This document shows positions 17,176 to 24,912 of a DNA stretch of 64,000 nt, piece by piece (within the stretch, counting starts at the first letter, position 1; each line of letters begins with the position of its first letter). The notes beneath the pieces are model-generated. The model was given only the letters and a program-made list of their open reading frames with translations, did no database searches and was not told the origin of the DNA. The stretch is taken from positions 448,001 to 512,000 of the forward strand of contig CBDCVK010000002.1 in NCBI GenBank assembly GCA_965223005.1. Direction: 5' to 3'. The translations under genes were made by a program, and so were the position numbers. The stretch comes from Terriglobia bacterium. Lineage in GTDB: Bacteria; Acidobacteriota; Terriglobia; JAJPHL01; JAPKYU01.

Positions 17176-18516
17176 TCAGCGTTTGGCGGTTTTGCGGCGT
17201 TGGCGGATCTGCAGCAGCCTCTGGCGGAATTGCGCCTCCAGTCCTTCGCTGCTCGGAGTGTAGTATTGGCGGCCGGCCAGGTTCTCGGGCAAGCAGGGCA
17301 TGTCCGGGGCTACCCGCTCCTCCAGGTCGTGGGCATACTGGTAGCCTTTGCCGTAGCCGAACTGCTGCATCAACGGGGTGGCGGCATTGCGCAAATGGAG
17401 GGGGACCGGCTCGGCCACCGTCCGCTCCACGTCCTGCCGCACGGCGTTGTAGCCGGCGTACAGCGCGTTGGACTTGGGCGCTAGTGCCAGATACACGGCG
17501 GCCTCGGCCAGCGCCAGGTTTCCCTCGGGCATCCCCACGAAGTGCACCGCTTGCATGGCAGACACCGTCACTGGCAGCGCCTGCGGATCGGCCATCCCGA
17601 TGTCTTCGCTGGCCATGCGAATCAGGCGGCGCGCCAGGTAGAGCGGATCCTCGCCCGCTTCCAGCATCCGCGCCAGCCAGTAAATGGCTGCATCCGGATC
17701 GCTATTGCGCACCGACTTGTGCAAGGCCGAGATCAGGTTGTAGTGCTGCTCGCCCGCCTTGTCATAGGGCAGCACCTTGCGCTGGAGGGCATCCGAGACA
17801 ATTTGGGACGACACGGTGATCCGACCCTCGGGCCCGGCTGGAGTGGCCAGCACCGCCGCCTCCAGGGCGTTGTAGGCAGCGCGGGCGTCGCCGTCGGAAA
17901 AAACCGCGATCTGGTGTAGCAGCTCTTCGGAGATTTCCGCACTCAGCTTCCCAAGGCCGCGCCGCTCATCGCCCAGCGCCCGTCGCAGCAACACCAGGAT
18001 TTCCTCCACGCGCAGCGGGTTCAGCGCGTACACCCGGCTGCGGGAGAGCAGGGCCGAGATCACCTCAAACGATGGATTCTCCGTGGTCGCCCCGATCAGG
18101 ATGATGTCGCCCTTCTCTACGTACGGCAGGAAGGCGTCCTGCTGGGCCTTGTTGAAGCGATGGATTTCATCTATGAACAGGATGGTGCGGTGCCCGTGCC
18201 GGCGAGCGCGCTCGGCTTCCACCATGACCGCCTTGATTTCCTTGATCCCGCTCAAGACCGCGCTGAAATTGACGAACTGGCTCTGACTCAACTGGGCCAT
18301 CACGCGAGCCAGCGTAGTCTTGCCCGAGCCGGGTGGCCCCCAGAAGATCACCGAGGACACCTGGTCTTTCTCAATCTGGGTGCGTAGCGGCTTGCCGGGG
18401 GCCAGGATCTGCTCCTGGCCTACGATCTCCTCCAGCGACTCCGGACGCATGCGGTCGGCCATCGGCCGCGGCTTCTGGCGCTCCAGGTCTTCGTCGAGTT
18501 GTCGAAACAAGCCCAT
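17176..18516 (-). CDS. rarA: Replication-associated recombination protein A (MgsA/RarA)
   Basis: [44 protein letters not shown]. Confidence 0.95.
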   Translation of the reverse strand: MGLFRQLDEDLERQKPRPMADRMRPESLEEIVGQEQILAPGKPLRTQIEKDQVSSVIFWGPPGSGKTTLARVMAQLSQSQFVNFSAVLSGIKEIKAVMVEAERARRHGHRTILFIDEIHRFNKAQQDAFLPYVEKGDIILIGATTENPSFEVISALLSRSRVYALNPLRVEEILVLLRRALGDERRGLGKLSAEISEELLHQIAVFSDGDARAAYNALEAAVLATPAGPEGRITVSSQIVSDALQRKVLPYDKAGEQHYNLISALHKSVRNSDPDAAIYWLARMLEAGEDPLYLARRLIRMASEDIGMADPQALPVTVSAMQAVHFVGMPEGNLALAEAAVYLALAPKSNALYAGYNAVRQDVERTVAEPVPLHLRNAATPLMQQFGYGKGYQYAHDLEERVAPDMPCLPENLAGRQYYTPSSEGLEAQFRQRLLQIRQRRKTAKR

Positions 18517-18578
18517 CGCTGGAATTGCCTGACGGTTTCAGCAGTTCGTTAGCGCCACTCCCCTCATGATTCAAGGGG

Positions 18579-19391
18579 TCAGCCAGAGGTACCGCGGGCG
18601 GCGGCGGCCCGGTAAAGAAAGATGCCGGCGGCCACGGCGGCATTTAACGACTCCACCCTCGACGCGTGGGGAATCGACACCGGGTGGGCTGCAGCCAGAA
18701 TCGGCCCGGGTATCCCGGTGCCTTCCGACCCGATGGCCACCGCTAGCGGGCTGCGGAAATCCACTTCGTCCAACGGCTGGCGCGCTCCGGCGACGGCCGC
18801 GTACAGACACACACCGTGGCGGCGGAGCAACTCCAGTGCCCGGCCATAGCTCAACCCATGCCGGTGGGGCAGGCGGAACGCCGAGCCGGCCGAAGCCCGC
18901 AACAGCTTGGGGTTCTCTGGACGCACGCTTCCCTGCAACAGCAGCGCGCCGGTCGCCCCGAAGGCCTCGGCGGTGCGTATTAGAGTGCCGGCGTTCCCAG
19001 GATCCTGCACCCCGGCCAGAACCACGACCAGTGCAGGCGCGGGGTTGAATAGCTGCTCTGAGAGCCACGACCGAGGTTGCACCAACGCTGCCACTCCCTG
19101 GGCGGACGGCGTGACTGAAATGCTTTCGAAGACCCTGGCGGCCACCCGACACATCGGCGGTCTGGTGCCGTGGTGATCCAGCAGCCGGCACAACTGAGCT
19201 TCAGCTGCCTCGGTAAAGAAAACTTGCTGGACAGGCACCCCGCTGCTGAGCGCTTCTTCCAGTAGGTGGAAGGTGTCTATCGCCAGGAACCCTTCCGGCG
19301 TCCGCTCACCACGTGCCAACGCCTGGCGCAGCTTTTTCACTTGCTGGTTGTGGCAGCTCTGAATCGGCTGCGTCGTGGCCGGGGCGTGCAT
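18579..19391 (-). CDS. TrmH-family SPOUT RNA methyltransferase
   Basis: QDPGNAGTLIRTAEAFG, IGSEGTG, VESLNAAVA. Confidence 0.9.
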   Translation of the reverse strand: MHAPATTQPIQSCHNQQVKKLRQALARGERTPEGFLAIDTFHLLEEALSSGVPVQQVFFTEAAEAQLCRLLDHHGTRPPMCRVAARVFESISVTPSAQGVAALVQPRSWLSEQLFNPAPALVVVLAGVQDPGNAGTLIRTAEAFGATGALLLQGSVRPENPKLLRASAGSAFRLPHRHGLSYGRALELLRRHGVCLYAAVAGARQPLDEVDFRSPLAVAIGSEGTGIPGPILAAAHPVSIPHASRVESLNAAVAAGIFLYRAAAARGTSG

Positions 19392-19531
19392 GCTCTTATT
19401 CTAGCTGCAAGCGGAGCATCGAGCCCAGCTGCCGGGTCGACCAGTTGCCGGGGCGAGAGGATGCCCGGTGGCACCCGGGCGCGGCATTCAGTAAATTCTG
19501 GCAGTAAATTCCAGCCAGTCAGCCGCAAGCG

Positions 19532-20566
19532 CTAGTCGGCCGCGCGGTGGGAGTGGCGGTAGTGGGCGGCCAGCAGGTCGCGGCCAAAGTCGCCTTGGAA
19601 ATCGCGCCAGACCGAGTGAATGTGGTTGGCGTCGTTCTGTATGTTGTCGTATTCGATCAGGAACGTGGGGCCCTGGATCCGGTAATAGTGCGGTTGCCCG
19701 CTTTCCGAGCCTCCGGCCCAGGCAAAATGAACTTTCTCCAGCCCGGCCTCGCGAAGGCGATCCATCCGGGCCTGGGCCAGTTCCGCAGGCATATTGCTGG
19801 CGTACTCCTCCAGTATTGCGGTGAGCAGCTCTTTCTGTTTCGTGTCCATTAGGGTCACTGTCAACCCCTTAGGAGAGCCGATCTTGACCCGGCTGTCGGC
19901 GCGAGTCAGGATGTCTCGCGGAGCAGTGCGGTCAATCACGGCGATCGCGTATCGCTTGTGGTCGAGCAGCTTCAACAGCTCCCGCGCCAGATCTTCTTCG
20001 CGCGCCAGCGTGCGCAGGCCCTTCCTCGAGCCCTGCTTGACCTCTGCCGGGTTCGCGCCGAAAAATGATGGCGCCCAGGCGATCGGCTGGCCGCTGACCA
20101 GCGTGAAATTTAACGACAGGTGATGTCCTTCCACCCGCCAGCCCCAGGTGGCTGCCTCGGAAGGGTCACCAAAGACACTGAAGAAATAGAGTGCCGAATC
20201 GCGCCCCGGACCCTGGCCCTGCTCCTGATCGTGCAGGATCTTTTCCAGGCTCATAATGGTGATGGCCTTCAGGTAGCCGCGCCGGCTCAGTCCGGCGCTG
20301 AGCAGAGCGTGCGCCAAGTAGCGCTGCGAGGCGTCCATGTCCTTGAATGCCATCCCATTGCGGGTCCGGGGAATATAGTGCCAGTTGGTGCGTTCCTCGG
20401 TTTCAAACGGGAAGACCGCCTTAGCCCTTTGCTCCGCGGACAACGAGGCCAGGAAGTTGTTAGCCGCACTGGCCATCACCTCGCCGGGCCCGCCGCGGTA
20501 GTAAGCCCCCAGGAGGACACCGGCGCAGAGCAATACACCAGCCACTCGCGCCAATTTCTGCTTCAT
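19532..20566 (-). CDS. DUF3500 domain protein, probably exported
   Basis: WHYIP, WGWRVEGHHLSLN, YYRIQGP..LIEYDN..NHIHSVWRD..GDFG. Confidence 0.85.
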   Translation of the reverse strand: MKQKLARVAGVLLCAGVLLGAYYRGGPGEVMASAANNFLASLSAEQRAKAVFPFETEERTNWHYIPRTRNGMAFKDMDASQRYLAHALLSAGLSRRGYLKAITIMSLEKILHDQEQGQGPGRDSALYFFSVFGDPSEAATWGWRVEGHHLSLNFTLVSGQPIAWAPSFFGANPAEVKQGSRKGLRTLAREEDLARELLKLLDHKRYAIAVIDRTAPRDILTRADSRVKIGSPKGLTVTLMDTKQKELLTAILEEYASNMPAELAQARMDRLREAGLEKVHFAWAGGSESGQPHYYRIQGPTFLIEYDNIQNDANHIHSVWRDFQGDFGRDLLAAHYRHSHRAAD

Positions 20567-20701
20567 GACCCGCTACCCTTTCTTTCGTCGCGATTATAGA
20601 CTGGATTTCAATGCCCGTCCTTCTTTTTTGCCCTTCAAATCTGGCCTTTGTGCTCTTCAATTCTGAGGCATGGCGAAATTGGAACGGCAACGGCAAGAGC
20701 G

Positions 20702-20728
20702 CTTGCGCCACCGCGACGGCGGCGCAAG
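20702..20728 (-). terminator. 12-bp GC hairpin downstream of the sigma/anti-sigma pair (no U-tract)
   Basis: Minus strand CTTGCGCCGCCG-TCG-CGGTGGCGCAAG. Confidence 0.35.
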
Positions 20729-20752
20729 AGGTGCCCTCGTGAAAAATCGGGG

Positions 20753-21427
20753 CTAGCCCTTCACCAAGATGTTACTGAAGTTGAAGACGGCCTTTCCATC
20801 GCGGGGACGGCCGAAAGAGGTAGCCGGGTCGAATCGGGTAAACAGAAGGAAGTTGCGCAGCTTGGCGATTAGGGCCGGGTCATGGGGTCCGTTCAACACG
20901 CGAAAATCCGCCACGTCGCCCTGCTTGTCTACATAGATCTCGACGAACAACCCTGGCTCGCCAGCACTGAAGCTGAAAGGCGCCATGGATTTCAGCCGGG
21001 GCCCGGTGCTCAGACGCAGCGGGACATCATCGGTGAACGCCAAGGTGGGGATGGCGAGGCTGTGAATTAAGATGCCGAACAGCACCAGTGCCGAACACAA
21101 GCCCGCCACAGCGGGAATGGCTACCGGTTCCATCAGGTTTCGTAACCGCACCATCAGCTGGTTGGCGAAGTGCGAATGGGTCTGCTGGGAGAGTCGCACT
21201 CTCAGGGCCAGGGCCAGATCGGGCGGAGGAGTCACACGGTGGACAACGCGTAACACCTTTTTCAGGTGAACCAGTTGGAGCCACTCCGTGGCGCAGGTCC
21301 GGCAGGCGTCGAGATGCTGCCGCAGTCGGACTGAGCGGTTTGCGTCCAGCGCATCATCGGCGAGCGCGGAGAGATCCGCGCGAACCTCGGGGCACTTCAG
21401 GCACTCACTCGTGCGGGTACTTTCCAT
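20753..21427 (-). CDS. zf-HC2 anti-sigma factor with one TM and TonB-C-like C-terminal domain
   Basis: HLDACRTC; TM AVAGLCSALVLFGILI; VEIYVDKQGDVADFRVL...RFDPATSFGRP. Confidence 0.85.
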   Translation of the reverse strand: MESTRTSECLKCPEVRADLSALADDALDANRSVRLRQHLDACRTCATEWLQLVHLKKVLRVVHRVTPPPDLALALRVRLSQQTHSHFANQLMVRLRNLMEPVAIPAVAGLCSALVLFGILIHSLAIPTLAFTDDVPLRLSTGPRLKSMAPFSFSAGEPGLFVEIYVDKQGDVADFRVLNGPHDPALIAKLRNFLLFTRFDPATSFGRPRDGKAVFNFSNILVKG

Positions 21428-22158
21428 GGCGTGGTCCTTTGCGAGCCCGTTTCTCCGAGTTCCTGGCAGGGCTCAGCGCGTTCCAGGTAGTGCGACAGCT
21501 TGGAGCGCAAAGCCTCGCGGCCCCGTGCCAACCTGGATTTTACGGTACCGACCCGAACCTCCAACACTTTGGCAATCTCTTCATAGCTCAGCTCTTCGAT
21601 GTCGCGCAGTACCACCGGGGCGCGGAACGCGAGTGGCACTTCCGCCAGAGCGCATTCCACGGCGGCGCGCAGTTCTGCGCCCGCGACCTGCTCGTAAGGC
21701 GACGGAGAGTTATCCACTAACTGGCAACCCAGGCTAGCTTGCTCACCTTCCTCCCCAGTGGATACCGGAGAAACATCCAGGGAAAGTTCGCGCCACCGGT
21801 GGCGTCGCCACCACCGCCGCTGGTTCGACGCTTCGTTCACGGCGATGCGGTAGATCCAGGTTTTCAGAGAACAATCCCCCTTGAAGCCTCGCAGGCCACG
21901 GAAGACCTTCAGGAAAACCTGCTGGACCGTGTCGGATGCATCACTGGGGTCACGGAGAAGCTGATAGACCAGATTGTAGACGGGCGCTTGGTACCGGGAG
22001 AACAGCCAAGCAAACGCTCTCTCGGAGTTTTCGTGTATGCCGGCCAGGAACTCGGCGTCTTCGCCGGTCAGCGGCCACGGGCTGGTCCATTCGGCCAATG
22101 CCGTCTCTCCCAGCAATTCTTCTCTCTTTACTCTAGCATCTCCGAGGGCGGAGTACAA
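21397..22158 (-). CDS. ECF sigma-70 factor (start uncertain)
   Basis: D.VQQVFLK, TWIYRIAVN, LSYEEIA.VL....GTVKSRLARGR. Confidence 0.93.
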   Translation of the reverse strand: MYSALGDARVKREELLGETALAEWTSPWPLTGEDAEFLAGIHENSERAFAWLFSRYQAPVYNLVYQLLRDPSDASDTVQQVFLKVFRGLRGFKGDCSLKTWIYRIAVNEASNQRRWWRRHRWRELSLDVSPVSTGEEGEQASLGCQLVDNSPSPYEQVAGAELRAAVECALAEVPLAFRAPVVLRDIEELSYEEIAKVLEVRVGTVKSRLARGREALRSKLSHYLERAEPCQELGETGSQRTTPWKVPARVSA

Positions 22159-22209
22159 CTCAGCGGTAACGCTCCAGCCTCTTCCTGCCGACTTGCGCCC
22201 TCTTTCTAA

Positions 22210-22236
22210 TAGACCCCAAACGAGCCAAAAGGTTCC
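22210..22236 (-). promoter_or_regulatory. ECF (RpoE-type) promoter, probably autoregulatory
   Basis: Minus strand GGAACC-N16-GTCTA directly upstream of the ECF sigma gene. Confidence 0.7.
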
Positions 22237-22283
22237 CGACTTCGGGAGCGAAAATCCGATGTTGGCACAGCAAGAAGGGCGTA

Positions 22284-23234
22284 TCAGGAGGTAGCGGTGC
22301 CGGCGGGCCTGAACACAACCCAGCGGTTACGCCCCGTGCGCTTGGCAGTGTAGAGAGCCTGGTCGGCGGAATCCAGCAGGTGCTCGAAGGGGCCCTCCCG
22401 AATCACTTCGGTGCCCGCGAGGCCAATACTGATAGTCACTTTGGTCGTGGTATTCCCCTGGGTGAACGGCTCGCGTTCGATCGACGTGCGGAGCCGCTCG
22501 GCCAGCATTTGTGCGGTGGCCAGGTCGGTATTGGGTGCCACCAGGATGAATTCCTCGCCCCCGTATCGGGCCAGCAGGTCCGAGCGGCGGGTGGCCTCTT
22601 TGAGGCGCTCGGCAATGGTTTTCAGCACGTGGTCCCCGAACATGTGGCCGTAGGTGTCATTAATGGATTTGAAATGATCCACGTCCAGCATGAAGCAGAT
22701 CAGCGCCTGCCCGTACCGCCGTGCCTCCTCGAAGAAGTGCTGCACGACCGTGAAGAAGTAGTGCTGGTTATAGAGGCCGGTAATCTGATCGGTGACGGCG
22801 AGCTGCTCCAGCCGTGAGTAAGCCTCAGCCAGCTCGCTCTGCTTGTTTTCCAGCTCGAGGTTCAGCTGGGTGATTTCGCCTAGCAGTTCCAGGTCAGCCG
22901 TCTTGTTGCGACCCACGGCCCCCACCAGGTGCAAGTCTTCCAGGTCCATGCGGCACAGCGAGTAGTGCACCGGGTGAATTCTGCCGTCGGGGGCTTTGTG
23001 AACTACCTCGAGCTGGCGGGCGCCGGAATCCGCAGCCGCCAGAGCCTCCTGGAGTCGCGGCCCGGACTCCTCGTTCACCAGGGAGACAAAATCCAACCCT
23101 TTCGGCTCGGCGCCTTCCAGAAAAGCGTTTCGAAAGGCCCGGTTGGCAAACACAACGCGGCCCTGCAGGTCCAGGGTAATCAGGTAGTCCGTGGCCGCGT
23201 TGACAAAAGCCACGGTCAAAGATTCGGGGTCCAT
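22284..23234 (-). CDS. PAS-coiled coil-GGDEF diguanylate cyclase
   Basis: PAS (LDLQGRVVFAN.AF); TDQITGLYN, DVDHFKSINDTYGH..GD, I-site RRSD, RYGGEEF. Confidence 0.93.
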   Translation of the reverse strand: MDPESLTVAFVNAATDYLITLDLQGRVVFANRAFRNAFLEGAEPKGLDFVSLVNEESGPRLQEALAAADSGARQLEVVHKAPDGRIHPVHYSLCRMDLEDLHLVGAVGRNKTADLELLGEITQLNLELENKQSELAEAYSRLEQLAVTDQITGLYNQHYFFTVVQHFFEEARRYGQALICFMLDVDHFKSINDTYGHMFGDHVLKTIAERLKEATRRSDLLARYGGEEFILVAPNTDLATAQMLAERLRTSIEREPFTQGNTTTKVTISIGLAGTEVIREGPFEHLLDSADQALYTAKRTGRNRWVVFRPAGTATS

Positions 23235-23484
23235 CGCGCAGGCCCTCCCGCAGCGCCCGCTATACAGCGCCAGTTATACAGCGACCGCGGCTGGGCTGGC
23301 AAGTGCCCTCTTCCAAAATTTCAACGGACCAGGCCGGCTTCCTGCGTCCCTTTGCAATGGACGCGGAGGGCGAACGAGACGCGGCAAGAGTCGCCTCCCT
23401 GGTTGTGAAGAAGGCCTTGCGCGCTGGGAGGCGAAAAATGCATGCGCCAGCTGGTCATTCCGCAATATAATTGGGTATTCACCG

Positions 23485-24660
23485 ATGCCGGAACCCCCCA
23501 ATTTTTCCACCATTGGCGAGGCGGTCGAAGAGGTGCAGGCCGGACGGATGGTGGTGGTGGTGGACGATGAAGATCGCGAGAACGAAGGCGATCTGACTCT
23601 GGCCGCTGAAAAAGTCACTCCAGCAACCATCAACTTCATGGCCCGCTATGGCCGGGGCCTGGTCTGCTTAACGTTGACCGAAGAGCGGCTGGATTACTTA
23701 CGGATTCCACGGATGGTGGAGAAGAACACGTCACCGCACGGGACCGCTTTCTGCGAAACGATTGACGCCCGCCACGGAATCAGCACCGGCATTTCCGCGC
23801 AGGACCGAGCTACAACCGTCCTGGCAGCCATCTCCCCGACCACGCAGCCGGCCGATCTGGTTCGGCCCGGGCACGTGTTCCCGCTGCGGGCGCGGCGCGG
23901 CGGTGTGCTGGTGCGCGCCGGCCAAACTGAGGCCAGCGTAGACCTGGCTCGTCTGGCCGGTCTGATTCCCTCTGGGGTCATCTGCGAGGTGATGAATGAC
24001 GACGGCACCATGGCCCGCGTGCCCCATCTGGTCGAATTTTGCCGGAAGCACGGGTTGAAGATGATCACGGTGGCTGACCTGATCCGCTATCGCCTCCGCA
24101 ACGAGCGCTCAGTGCGTCGTGTCGGCGAAGCGGCCCTCGTCAACCGATATGGGGAATTCCGGGTGATCGCCTATCAATCGGAACTGGACGGGGAAGTGCA
24201 CGTGGCCCTGGTGAAGGGGGATGTGGGGCCTCAGGAAGAGGTGTTAGTGCGTGTGCACTCGCGCTGCCTGGCGGGCGACCTGTTCGGCTCCTCGGCCTGC
24301 GACTGCGGCGGGCTGGTAGAGGCAGCTTTGGCCCGCATCGCCGAGGAGGGCAGCGGCGTGTTGCTCTACCTGCACAATACCCGCCCCGGCTTCCACGTTG
24401 AGCCCCTGGAAGACGGCCGCGGGTTGCTGGTCTTCCACGGGCGCGAATTCCGCCAGCCCAGCGAACTGGCCCACGATCGCCGCATCCAGTACGAGTCCGG
24501 CATCGGGGCGCAAATACTCTCAGACCTGAGCCTTCGCAATATCCGCTTGCTCACCAACCGCCCACGCAAGGTAGCAGCCCTGGAAGGCTACGGCATCCGG
24601 ATCGTCGAACAGGTTCCGCTGGCGATGGAAAAACCCGCCAGCCGCCGGAAATCGCTTTAG
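23485..24660 (+). CDS. ribB: DHBP synthase RibB fused to a degenerate GTP cyclohydrolase II-like domain
   Basis: [34 protein letters not shown]; C-domain [17 protein letters not shown] and GIGAQIL, but lacking EGRG. Confidence 0.9.
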   Translation: MPEPPNFSTIGEAVEEVQAGRMVVVVDDEDRENEGDLTLAAEKVTPATINFMARYGRGLVCLTLTEERLDYLRIPRMVEKNTSPHGTAFCETIDARHGISTGISAQDRATTVLAAISPTTQPADLVRPGHVFPLRARRGGVLVRAGQTEASVDLARLAGLIPSGVICEVMNDDGTMARVPHLVEFCRKHGLKMITVADLIRYRLRNERSVRRVGEAALVNRYGEFRVIAYQSELDGEVHVALVKGDVGPQEEVLVRVHSRCLAGDLFGSSACDCGGLVEAALARIAEEGSGVLLYLHNTRPGFHVEPLEDGRGLLVFHGREFRQPSELAHDRRIQYESGIGAQILSDLSLRNIRLLTNRPRKVAALEGYGIRIVEQVPLAMEKPASRRKSL

Positions 24661-24767
24661 CCTAGGGAGATGACTGCGCGCTACTTCTATTCTTGGCTAC
24701 TAATACTTTTTCGACTGTTGGACGATCCAGTCAGATCAACCAGGTTCACCCAATCCCCAACCCCGTT

Positions 24768-24797
24768 TTGACAAATCGCCTTGTCTCCCGTTACCTT
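24768..24797 (+). promoter_or_regulatory. Putative sigma70 promoter
   Basis: TTGACA-N18-TACCTT about 115 nt upstream of the CDS at 24913. Confidence 0.45.
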
Positions 24798-24912
24798 TGT
24801 CTTGGGGCCGGTTGAAGCTGAAAGGGCAGGGCAGACGAAAGCATCAGTAAGGGGATGCGTGCAGCGGCCTGATCCGGAGTAAAGAGGATGCGGGATCAGG
24901 CGGGAACGAATT

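Noticed and set aside
24804-24905. TPP riboswitch-like fragments (GCTGAAA, CCTGATCCGG)
   Set aside because: Lacks CTGAGA, ACCC and the GCGxAGGGA end; kept only as a generic structured leader
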